Assembly: GCF_963921235.1 (NCBI RefSeq)
Contig: NC_086100.1
Location: 127,102,001 to 127,166,000 of the forward strand
Origin: Mobula hypostoma
Lineage: Eukaryota
Reading direction: 5' to 3'
Length of the DNA: 64,000 bases
Shown here: in pieces, positions 52,694-64,000 of the stretch
Layout: each line of letters starts with the position of its first letter
How positions within the stretch are numbered: position 1 is the first letter of the stretch
The notes under the pieces: model-generated
Database searches by the model: none
Seen by the model: only the letters and a program-made list of their open reading frames with translations
Told to the model about the DNA's origin: nothing
Translations under genes and position numbers: made by a program

Positions 52694-55600
52694 TGTTGTA
52701 ATGTGAACATTATTAAAAGTAAGTTAATACTAATTAGGATAATGGGGGGGGGTGAGTTTCACTTCCATTCTTTTTACTTCTGGTGTGCTTTGTATATAGT
52801 GTTCCCGCCATGCCGTACGGGTTGTAAAAGCCTCTGTATATACATAACGGTTTTGACGTTCGAGATAAATTTGTTTCTTTGGGCATGAGGTTGTCGAGTG
52901 TGCGTTTTTTAAGGTAGAAGTTACCACATATTTTTGGTGACGAGGTGAACTGGTTTTGTGGACGTGTCAGCACGTTTCGAACGGGAGCAGCAGCGCTGAT
53001 AAGGGCCTCACGTTCAGATGGCTACGTTTGGGACTATCGTTGAATTTGTGGAGGTAACGGAGGACTGGCTAGAGTATGAGGAAAGGTTGGGACACTTTTT
53101 CTGTGCTAATGGAATTACTGAGGAGGCTAAGAAGCGCTCAGTTCTCCTGAGTCTGTGTCGGGCAAAGACTTACAAGCTAATAAGGAATTTAGTCACACCG
53201 CGGAAACTGGGGGACATTCCATATGACGAACTGGTCAAGCTCGTGGGGAACCACTACAATCCGAAACCTTCTGTGATGGTCCAATGGTGTAAGTTTCACA
53301 GCCGTTTCAGGAAGCCAGGTCAATCTGTTGCCAATTTCATGGCTGAGCTTCGGCAGCTGTCGGAGCATTGTGATTTCGGAGCGGTGTTGGAAGACATGCT
53401 CCGTGATCGATTGGTATGCGGCATTAATAATGACGGCATACAACACCGCCTGTTAGGGGAAACCCCACCACTGACTTTCAAGAGAGCCTTAGAGATTGCC
53501 CAAGGCATGGAGGTGGCTGCTAATAATGTCAAGGATATGCAGAAAGGACATGGGGGGTCACAGTCAGCGGCAGTGCACCAAGTCAGGAGGGAGACTGGAA
53601 AATGGGCAAAGCGGGTGGAATGTTTCCGGTGCGGGGGGACACACTATGCAAATGATTGCAAATTCAAAAACACTGTCTGCCATGCTTGTAGCAAAAAGAA
53701 ACATGTAACTAAAAAGTGCAGAAGTTCAAAGGGTAAAGTTAAGCCTGGGCAGGGGAACGCTCAACAGGGTCAGGCAGCCACACACCATCTAGAAGAAGCA
53801 GATGAAGAGGCAGTGTGTGCCTACAACATGTTTGCAGTGGAAGCAGATGAGGAACCACCTGAACCATATTATGTCACAGTCACTGTCAGGGGAAAGGGCA
53901 TTAAGTTTGAGATTGATTCAGGGGCTACTGCATTGGTCATTAGTGAGGAGACCTACAGGAGGACATGGGAGTCCAACCTGCCTCCCATTAGACCATCAAG
54001 GCTCAAATTTAGAACCAATATGGAGCAGCCCATACCTCATTTATGGGTGTTATATGTGGACATTTCAGCCGGGGGTTAGAAGTCTGAAGCCAGGCTAGTG
54101 ATAGCTAAGGGCAGGGGGCCCAGTCTTTTGGGACGTGATTGGCTTCACAAAATCCAGCTAAGCTGGCATGAAATTAAGTATGCCCACACGACGGTGGACG
54201 TTCTGCAGCGGTACAGTGACGTTTTCAAAGACGAGCTGGGCACACTGAAGGGTGTGACGGTGAAACTCCATGTTGATCCTGAGGCTACACCACGTTTTTT
54301 TAAGCCCAGGTCGGTGCCCTGTGCCATGAAAGGCAAAGTCGAGGAGGAGCTGGAATGTCTACAGAGGGTGGGCATCATTAAGCCCGTCCAGTGGGCGGCT
54401 TCCATTGTTCCAGTTTTGAAGGCAGACAAAATGGTGAGGATATGTGGGCATTATTAGTTTACGGTGAATCAGGTCTCTAGGCTGGAGGAGTACCCATTGC
54501 CACGGGTGGATGACCTGTTTGCGACCCTGTCAGGGGGTAAGCTGTTCACAAAGCTGGACATGAGCCGTGCCTACCAACAGCTGCTGCTCAACGAGGATTC
54601 AAAGGAGTACGTCACAATTAATACGCACAGGGGATTATTCAAGTACAATCGCCTGGCGTTTGGAGTGGGGTCCAGCCCTGCCATTTTCCAAAGGACGATG
54701 GACACTTTGCTGCAGGGGATTCCGCACACAGCAGTGTACCTTGATGGTATTTTGATCACGGGGGCTACAGAGGTGGAGCATCTGGCTAATTTAGAACGGG
54801 TGCTGAAGAGGCTCTCAGACGCAGGTCTGCAGTTGAAATGTGGAAAATGTGTGTTCCTGGCACTGAGTGTGACTTACCTGAGACACAAGATCGCAGCTGA
54901 GGGGCTTTGCCCTGTGGAGGACAAAGTGAGTGTTATTAAGGAGGCCCCAAGCCCTAAGACCATCACGGAATTCATATCATTTTTGGGCAGGGTGAATTAT
55001 TACGGCAAGTTTCTTCCTGACCTCTCAAGGATTTTGACCCCACTGTATAAGCTGCTTCACAATGACACTAAGTGGCAGTGGGGTGAAGAGCAGGAGAAAG
55101 CTTTCAAGGAAATGATAGAACTCCTCCACTCAGTGAAGCTGCTTGTTCACTATGACCCAGACAAGGGGATCACCCTTGCATGCAATGCCTCGCCCTATGG
55201 AGTCGGGGCAGGTCTCTCACATGTAATGGAGGACCGTTCAGAGAAGCCTATTGGTTTTGCTTCACATACCCTGACAGCTGCTGAGAAGGGATATTCACAG
55301 CTAGACGAAGAAGGTCCGGCCATTGTTTTTGCGGTCAAACGCTTTCATCAGTACCTTTATGGACGCATATTTACAATTTATGTGGACCATAAACCACTGA
55401 CGAGCCTGTTCAGTGAGACTGCGTTTGTAGATGCATCCCACCGCTAGCCTCAGCCAGGATACAGCATTGGGCTCTTACATTGTCAGCCTACCAGTATACT
55501 TTAGTGTACAGAGCGGGTGGGGATAATGCAAACGCCAATATACTGAGTCAACTACCTTTACCTGAGACACCTGTTACTACATATGTGGCTCCAGAGACTG

Positions 55601-57000
55601 TGTTTTCATTGGAGAGGCTGTCAGAGACACCTGTAAAGGCGACCCAGATCAAGCAATGGACAGAGAGGGACCCAGTCCTGTCCCAAGTCAAGACTTTTCT
55701 TTTACAAGGTTGGCCCAGAGTCATGGAAGGAGAGGAACTGAGGCCTTATGCCAAACACAAGACAGAACTCAGTCGGCAGGATGGCTGCATTTTCTGGGGG
55801 GGCGGTGAGGGTCATTGTGCCTCCCCCTGGCCGTTCAGAGATTGTGGAAGAAATTCATGAGACTCACCCAGGAGTGTCTCGAATGAAAAGCCTTGCAAGA
55901 TCCCACATTTGGTGGCCAAGAATGGATCAGGATCTGGAGAACAAGGTAAAATCATGCAAGCAATGTCAGACTAATCAGAATACGCCACCACCAGCTCCTT
56001 TGCATCCATGGGAGTGGCCACACTACCCCTGTCTAGGCTACATTTGGACTTTGCTGGCCCTTTTATGGGGTAGATGTTTCTTGTAATGGTAGGTGCGCAT
56101 TCTAAATGGATCAAAGCTCACATCATGAGCAACATCACAGCCCCCTCAACCATAGACAAACTCAGGCAAGTGTTTGCAGTCCACGGGTTGCCTGACCTTC
56201 TGGTCACTGATAATGGCCCGACTTTCACCAGTGAGCTGTTCAGTGAGTTCATGCAGCAGAATGGCATTCACCACATTCAGACGGCCCCTTTCCACCCAGC
56301 CTCCAATGGTTTGGCTGAGCGGGCTGTTCAGACAGTGAAGGAAGGCCTGAAGTGGATGACAGGGGACTCTCTTAGCATTCGGCCTTCACGTTTCCTGTTT
56401 AAATACCGTCTCACGCCACAGACTATGACTGCCCGCACTCCAGCAGAGATGCTGATGGGGCGTAGGCCCAAGTCAAGATTGAACCTACTGAGCCCAGACA
56501 TGAAGGCAAAACTGGAGAGAAAGCAGGAAAAGCAGAAGGAGGGACATGATCAACATGCCCGAGAGAGACAGTTAAAACTAGATGACAATGTCTATGTGAG
56601 AAACAATCAGCTATGGGGTTATTCTTAAGCAGAGTGGTCCCATCTGCTATGTTGTTAAGCTGACTAATGGGCGTGTTTTCCGCAGACATCAGGACCATGT
56701 GAGCCTGCGTCATGATACTGGCTCAGAGGCAGACAGTTCCATGGAGTTTCCATTTGTGAGACAGACTATGGTGGAAGCATGTCCTCCAGTGACTTTGCCA
56801 GAGGGCAAGACGCTGGCAGAGGGGTCAGGGCCCCCTGAAGTGGGTGGACATTCTCATGCAGACACACAGACCCCTCTCATGCCCCCAACACCAGACCCAG
56901 CCAAAACACCATCACCAGCGGTGCCTGCTAGGTCACCGGGCGTAGTGCGCAGATCACAGTGCACTCGTAAACCTCCTGACAGACTGAATCTTTGACGGGA
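52694..57000 (+). mobile_element. Gypsy LTR retrotransposon with disrupted gag-pol; 3' LTR not found
   Basis: LTR TG..CA at 52694-52928, PBS-like TGGTGACGAGG at 52935. Gag with CCHC, protease IDSGA, RT (KLDMSRAY, YLDG), RNase H (DHKPL), integrase (HETHPG, TDNGP, NGLAER) across 53018-56995, broken by stops and frameshifts. Confidence 0.93.
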
Positions 57001-57069
57001 CAGTTTTTTTTGTTGTTGTTGTTGTTAGATTGAATGTTGAATTTTGGCAGTTTATCTCTACAGTTACTT

Positions 57070-57813
57070 CAGCACTAACTTTCATCTGTAATCTTCATCT
57101 GTTACCTTCACCTGCTACCTCGCCTGCGTCCTCGCCTGTATCACCGTCTAGTTCAACTGCTGGAGTGAGATCGGAGTCTTGCCACGCCAAGATAAGGAAC
57201 TATCTATCGTTGAGCTTGGAGCTGTCTCTTTGTGTCCCTGTGTTTAGTGTCTGTGTCAAAGAAGAGTCCCGGCCCTAGGTCCTGTTCACAAGGAGGGGTC
57301 CTGACTCTGTGTTCTGTGTTCCGGTGCTCAAGTCCAAGGCTCTGTGTTCCTGTGTACCTGTGTTCCAAGACCAAGTCCAGGCGCCATGTTCTAGTCCTGT
57401 CCAAATCTGAGCTTTGTATCCTCATCCAGTTCTGGTGCCTCGCCCAGCCCGGTGCTAGCATACCTCGTCCTCTCCTGTAACCACGTCCTGTCCTTGCCAA
57501 GATCCTAGTCCTGAGTCCTCGCCAAGGTCCGGGATTCGAGCCCGAGTCAAGACCCAGGTTCTGGGTCCCTGTCCAGTCTCTGGCTCGGAATCCTAGCCCA
57601 GGATCCTAGTTCCAAGTTTCTTGTCCTGGTCCCACTTTCCTAGTCTTAGTCCTAGCCCAGGGCCGGTGTTCTTGTCTCATCCAGGGCCTGTGTCCATGTC
57701 CAGCGTTGTTCCTTCCTGACTCCCTTTGCTTTCTTGATAAACCTTGTCCTGTCCCTAGTACTTCAGTGTCTGTGTCTTGCACTTGGGTCTGTTCCCAACA
57801 CTGCCTTATGACA
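57070..57813 (+). mobile_element. Partial LTR with degenerate internal repeats
   Basis: Repeated TCCTAGTC/GTCCTG units; ends TGCACTTGGGTC...TGACA, as in fish Gypsy LTRs. Confidence 0.55.
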
Positions 57814-59212
57814 AATGATGCTATATGACATTGCCCTGTCAACAATCGAGGGCGTGGAGAGGAAGATTAACCGGTATCTGAGAAGGTGGTTAGGAGTAAG
57901 CAACGGGTCTCCAATGGGTCTATACAGCGAGTCAGCCGAACTCCGGCTGCCCCGCTCCTCAGTTGTAGCGGAATTTAAAGCAGGGAAAGTATGCCTCATC
58001 ATGACCCTCAAAGACTCCAAGGACGACAAGGTCAGAGAAGCAGGAGTCAAGATACAGACAGGGAGCAAATGGAAGGCGGCAGAGGCGGTAGAGGAAGCAG
58101 AGTTCCGACTTCGCCACAGAGACGTTATAGTGGGTAAGGGCAGACGAGGCCTAGGATGTGAGTCAACAACCAGGTGGAGGGAGGTCAACCCTAAGGACAG
58201 ATGGCACTTGGTCCAGCGGGAGATAAGGAAGAAAGAGGAGGAGGCAAGATACATGTGAGCAGTGGAGATGGGGAGTCAAAGGACCTGGACAAAGTGGGGA
58301 ACAGAACAGAGAGTGTTGGCATGGGATAACATATGGAAATATACATCTTTCCAACTCCAGTTCTTACTGAGGGCTGTGTACGATGTATTACCAACTCCAA
58401 CAAACCTGCAGAACTAGGGAATAACAGGAGACCCAACATGCCATCTGTGCCAGAAACCAGCCGACCTAGAGCATATCCTTTCTTCATGCCAGGTTGCCCT
58501 TTCCCAGGGACGGTACAGATGGAGACATGACCAGGTTTTGAGAGCACTCGCCCACACTTTGGAGACAGAGAGGGAAAAGGACCACAAAAAGGACAGCCAA
58601 ACAAACTTCGTCAGGACCAGAGAACATGCTGCAGCAACAAACAAGTGTAGAGATGGTATCCTGAGCATGGCAAAGGACTGGGAGATGAAGGTCGATCTTG
58701 AAAAGAAGCTGGTTTCCCACCAATAGTAGAGACCACACTTCGACCAGATGTTCTACTATTGTCAGAGGGTGCAAAGAAGCTCGTGGTGATAGAGCCAACA
58801 GTACCACGGGAGACCCGATGCCAAGAGGCTCACGAGAGGAAGCTTGTGAGGTACGAAGACCTGGCAGCGGTCTGCGGACGACAAGGCTGGCAGACGTGGA
58901 ACTTCCCTGTCGAAGTGGGGGGGGGGGAGGATTTCCCACCATGTTATGCTGGAAGATGATGGCAGCTTTAGTGATACAAGGGAGAACCAGGAAGAGAGCC
59001 ATTAACACTATGGGCCAAGCAGCAGAGAGAGTGTCCAGTTGGCCTTGGCTGTGAAAGGACGACAGTAGCTGGAAGTCTGACTGTCGGGGGTAGAAGACTG
59101 ATCATCTTCTGCTGTCCCACCATCCTGAGGATGTTCCGGGTTAGGGGATGAAACGTCTGAAGACGGATGGACCCGACTGATGACTCGACGGTCCAGCAGC
59201 AGAAACGTCACA
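57814..59212 (+). mobile_element. 5'-truncated HERO-like (R2 group, RLE) non-LTR retrotransposon
   Basis: KINRYLRRWLG, KWKAAEAV, CCHC knuckle CHLCQKPADLEHILSSC, RWRHDQVL, and restriction-like endonuclease LRPDVLL..VVIEPTVP..KLVRYEDL. Confidence 0.88.
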
Positions 59213-59214
59213 GC

Positions 59215-61390
59215 TGTTTGAGGTAATGCAAAGATGTTGGCCTTGACTCTCTTCTTCCATGTCCGCAGCTTAGCCAAGAAAGCTTGTACTTGTTCAGTAG
59301 CATCCACAGTGGTGACTTCAGGGCCTTGAATTGAAAGATTTGTTTCATTCATACGGTTAAAAATATTTGCTAGGTAAGCCAATAGGATACAATCATTTCT
59401 TTAACCAAACTGTTCCAAGAGTGGGTTTCTTTTTCTTTCAGAGAAAATGAAACTTCTGTCCTTAATCTGAAGAAGCACTTCAAACCTTGTCCTCTAGAAA
59501 GTCAGCCAATGTTTGTGTAGTAGAGAAGCACTTCATATTCTGCACCCATTGCTTGACAAAGTCTGTCAAAAATCTGATTATTCAGAAACCCCGCTTCTAC
59601 TAAAGTTGATGACTTTTATGTCTGTTGACAAAACTTCTGCCAGGGTTGTTGGAAGAGTCTTTGATGCCAGTGCACGTCTGTGTAAAAAACAATGACTGAT
59701 GGCGACCTGAAGAGCTTCCTTTTTCACTAAAGTAGCAAAACCAGATGTATTACCAAGCATCGCAGGAGTTCCATCTGTGCAAATAGTATAAAGTTTTTCT
59801 TTTCAGGAAAAGTTTAGTTTGGCCAAAACTTGTTACTATTTCCAAAACGTCAACATTATAGTAGTTTCCAAAAGGGACTCACAAGAAGATTCTTCTTTGA
59901 TGACATCTGCATGCACATAACAAACAAAAGCAAGAAGCTGACTACCTTGAGCAATGTCTGCAGTTTGATCCAGTTGCAAGCTGAATGAGATTTGCAAGGC
60001 TGCCAATTCTTCAATGACCTGCTTCAAAATGTTAAAAGAAATATCAACTATTCTAGAACGTATCTCACATTATTTGATAAGGGAACTGCTCCCAGTTTTT
60101 TTCCTCTGTTCAGTCCACAAACCAGTTCTGACCATTTCCAGTGCACATGGCTTTACTAAAGTCTGCAATAGGTGGGCTTTCTTTTGATTGGCAATCTGGT
60201 AAGCAACTTCAAGAAATTCTCACAAAAGGTTTTTGTGAAATGGCAAATCCAAATTTTGGAAATGTCCCACCTTTTTCGAATTGAGCTTTCTTCACCTGAA
60301 ATACCTCCGCATCTTTAAATGCATTTTCAAGATGGACAGACATGTGATGTTGTTTCAGTTTTTATAGGAAGAGGCGCAGTCGACGTTTCAGGCCGAGACC
60401 CTTCGTCAGGACTTGACCAGCAACTTTGATGTATGTTGCTTGAATTTCCAGCATCTGCAGAATTCCTGTTGTTTTTGTTTCAGTTTTGCTAGCTTCATAC
60501 TTCCATTGGCAAGAATTCTTCCAAACAAAAAGCACTGTACCCTATCACATCCATGAATGCAAGCATGAAACCATATAATACTTAATTTTCAACATCCTTC
60601 CTTTTCTTTGACATTTCAACTTAATTGGATCTGCAAAAAATATAAAATAAATAAAGCTAAAATAAAGCATTTGATTTTATTGACATTTTTTGAAACTCAA
60701 TATTTTATATGGTTTTTAGCTAATTTGTCTGATAAATCTGCAAAGAAATAAGTAATCAGTATGTTACTTAAGTGAAGTGTAAGGTATTCAAGAAATTTGT
60801 ATGCCAAAATTGGTATTTCAAAAGGCCACGGGGCCTTACGGAGAGCTAAGAATTCTCATTTGAACTGTCCAGTTTTGTGGAACTTCAATAAACGATAAAA
60901 ACAACTCACCTCCTCTACACATTGGTCAACAAGCAATTGTAGACAGGAAATAATGGACAACAACATAGATGTTTGGGTCACAAGTCACGTGACTTCAACG
61001 TTTTGGTGGCTAAACGACTACTAGGTGCAGGACTGCCTGATAGTTGGCCAGCTACATTGCACAAGCATCGTCGACAGGAAGATTGCGATCACATTTGATC
61101 TAGTAGTGAATCTAATAACAACTGTAATTTCAAAGATGTAATGAGTGTGCCATAAACAATATTTTGAGGTATTTGTAACAACTGTGATGTGAATTGAAAA
61201 TATCTGTGATTTCTATTGGTGACAAAGTCACAGGTACTGCTAACACTACTGTGGTTTGTTGCCTACATTCATAATTGAAGGAAATGATAAATTTCAGTTG
61301 GAGATTAGTGAAAATAAAGATACAATTATTTTCCCATCGAAGTTCATAGAACCCCTGGATCTCCATGGACCTCCAGGTTAAGAACACCTG
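59215..61390 (-). mobile_element. hAT-Charlie/Buster-like DNA transposon remnant
   Basis: Transposase fragments FSLQLDQTAD, HCFLHRRALASK, AYLANIFNRMNETNLSIQG; start near 60615; terminus CAGGTGTTCTTAACCTGG at 61390. Confidence 0.82.
60363..60474. mobile_element. Penelope micro-insertion (collapsed inverted pLTR) with an intact hammerhead core on minus at 60378-60413
   Basis: 13-bp TSD TTGTTTCAGTTTT at 60350-60362 and 60475-60487. Confidence 0.85.
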
Positions 61391-61578
61391 CCTTAGAGGG
61401 TAAACAGGTTACTATCTTATCTGAAAATTTACATGTCTATGACAGGGGAAATGAAAGGTTATTTCCCTGAGAGTTAGAATCAGAAGGAGTTATAGTGGGG
61501 TGAAAAGAGGTTTAGGAGGTTATTGTTTGGAAATTGGATTTCACCTACTTTGGTGCCCTAAATAGTTATTGTGAGAAA

Positions 61579-62808
61579 GAACATAGAACATAGAATAGTA
61601 CAGCACAGTACAGGCCCTTCGGCCCACAATGTTGTGCCGACCTTCAAACCCTGCCTTCCCTATAAACCCCCACTTAAATTCCTCTATATACCTGTCTAGT
61701 AGTCTCTTAAACTTCACTAGTGTATCTGCCTCCACCACTGACTCAGGCAGTGTATTCCACGCACCAACCACTCTCTGAGTAAAAAACCTTCCTCTAATAT
61801 CCCCCTTGAACTTCCCACCCCTTACCTTAAAGCCATGTCCTCTTGTATTGAGCAGTGGTGCCTTGGGGAAGAGGCACTGGCTATCCACTCTATCTATTCC
61901 TCTTATTATCTTGTACACCTCTATCATGTCTCCTTTCATCCTCCTTCTCTCCAAAGAGTAAAGCCCTAGCTCCCTTAATCTCTGATCATAATGCATACTC
62001 TCTAAACCAGGCAGCATCTTGGTAAATCTCCTCTGTAACCTTTCCAATGCTTCCACGTCCTTCCTATAGTGAGGTGACCAGAACTGGACACAGTACTCCA
62101 AGTGTGGCCTAACTGGAGTTTTATGGAGCTACATCATTACATTGCTACTCTTAAAACTCTGTCCCTCGACTTATGAAAGCTAACACTCCATAAACTTTCT
62201 TATCTACCCTATCCACCTGTGAGGCAACTTTCAGGGACCTGTGGAGATGTACCCTGAGATCCCTCTGCTCCTCCACACTACCAAGTATCCTGCCATTTAC
62301 TTTGTACTCTGCCTTGGAGTTTGTCCTTCCAAAGTGTACCACCTCACACTTCTCCGGGTTGAACTCCATCTGCCACTTCTCAGCCCACTTCTGCATCCTA
62401 TCAATGTCTCTCTGCAATCTTTGACAGTGTTCTACACTATCTACAACACCACCAACCTTTGTGTCGTCTGCAAACTTGCCAACTCACCCTTCTACTTCCA
62501 CATCCAGGTCGTTAATAAAAATCACGAAAAGTAGAGGTCCCAGAACCAACCCTTGTGGGACACCACTAGTCACAATCCTCCAATCTGAATGTACTCCCTC
62601 CACCACGACCCTCTGCCTTCTGCAGGCAAGCCAATTCTGAATCCACCTGGCCAAACTTCCCTGGATCCCATGCCTTCTGACTTTTTGAATAAGCCTACCA
62701 TGTGGAACCTTGTCAAATGCCTTACTAAAATCCATATAAATCACATCCACTGCACTACCCTCATCTATATGCCTGATCACCTCCTCAAAGAACCCGATCA
62801 GGCTTGTT
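61579..62808 (-). mobile_element. CR1 LINE 3' portion, comparatively well preserved
   Basis: [45 protein letters not shown]; (CATAGAA)n tail. Confidence 0.92.
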
Positions 62809-63297
62809 AGAGTAATGGTAAATTGCATCCCTCAAGAAATGATAAGATTGTTAAAAAGCAGTCAAGCATGTTAGCATAGTTTCCAGCCAAAAACAATGTT
62901 AAAGTGAAACCTACGTGTTCCCTGACAGAATTCCATGCAGGTGCCATCATTTTGTTATGCAGCGTTCAGGGAATAGTTTTGTTCCAAAACAGGTACATCC
63001 TTACGACAACCAGATAACAGCAGCACACAATATGATTGTCTTGAGTACACCATTTGCACAAAGGAATTTTAAGTTCTCACAAGTATCAGAAAGGATGTGC
63101 TGTGTACCAGGAGAACCATCAGGGTCACAGTAAAAAGAGTATTGGAATAGAGGCTTGAATTGTCTCCTCCAAAACATCCTCAAGTGTATAAAGAGAAATC
63201 AGTGGTCTGGCAGATGCTAGCGTTGTTGCATACCTGGTGATGCTTCACTCAGTTAGGATGCATTTTACGTCAAATAGCTTGAGGATTTAGTTGACTA

Positions 63298-64000
63298 ACT
63301 AAGATTGGCAACAACATCTCCTCCACGATCTCCATCAGCACAGGTGCACCACAGGCTGTATGCTTAGCCCCCTGCTCTACTCGCTTCACACTTATGAATG
63401 TGTAGCTAGGCACAGCTCCAATGCCATATTCAAGTTTGCTGATGTCATAGGTCGAATCAAAGGTGGTGATGAATCAGCATATAGAAGGGAGATTAAAAAC
63501 CTGAGTGAACAGGGCCATAACAACAATCTCTCACTCAATGTCAGCAAGACCAAGGAACTGACTGTAGACTTTAAGAGAAGGAAACAAGCAGTCCATGAGC
63601 CAGTCCTCACTGGAGGATCAGAGGTGGAGAGGGCTAGCAACTTTAAATTCCTGGGTGTCACTATTTCAGAGGACCTGTCCTGGGCCCAGAACAGTGCAAC
63701 TGCGAAGAAAGCACAGCAGTGCCTCTACTTCCTTAGAAGTTTGTGGAGATTCAGCATGACAACTAAAATTTTGACAAACTTGTATAGATGTGTAATGGAG
63801 AGTACATTAGCTGACTGCATTGCAGCCTAGTGTGGAAACAGCAATGCCCTTGAACGGAGAATCCTATAAGGTGTAATCGATATGACGCAATCCATCATGG
63901 GTAAAGTCCTCCCAACCATTGAGCACATCTACATGAAACAGAGTCAGAGGAAAGCAGCATCCATCGTCGGAGAACACCACCACCAGGACATACTCTTTTC
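63298..64000 (+). mobile_element. Rex/Babar-like LINE RT fragment
   Basis: LSPLLYSL, KFADV, LNVSKTKELTVDF, FKFLGVTI. Confidence 0.85.

Noticed and set aside
53018..56995. Domesticated or active gag-pol gene
   Set aside because: Multiple stops and frameshifts, and the RT catalytic YLDD is mutated to YLDG.
57200..57800. CRISPR-like or coding tandem repeat
   Set aside because: Irregular degenerate short repeats with no constant repeat-spacer period; vertebrate LTR context.

Overview
Eukaryotic, repeat-dense vertebrate genomic DNA. The repeat complement (CR1, Rex/Babar-like LINEs, Penelope elements, V-SINE-like elements) suggests a cartilaginous fish such as a ray; this is inference. The only clear host gene is GATB (PET112, mitochondrial glutamyl-tRNA amidotransferase subunit B) on the minus strand. 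I trace 11 coding exons (29465 down to 1712, 1332 nt, frame-consistent GT-AG junctions) from a CpG-island promoter at about 29.3-29.6 kb; the last exons lie left of the window. The rest is mostly transposon debris: an internally deleted L1, Penelope elements with GIY-YIG domains and minimal hammerhead ribozymes, a Gmr1-type LTR element (PR-IN-RH order), two Gypsy elements, a HERO-like RLE retrotransposon, a hAT-Charlie transposase remnant, and Tc1/Tigger MITEs. Main highlight: the Gypsy element at 48987-52677 has its RT/RNaseH/integrase region replaced by an intronless, same-strand RBM25 mRNA fragment, consistent with LTR-mediated gene capture. Other highlights are a cluster of hammerhead-like motifs with a pseudoknot in the HERO 3' UTR, and an intact hammerhead core on the sense strand of GATB intron 5. 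Repeat boundaries were read by eye and are approximate unless a TSD is given.
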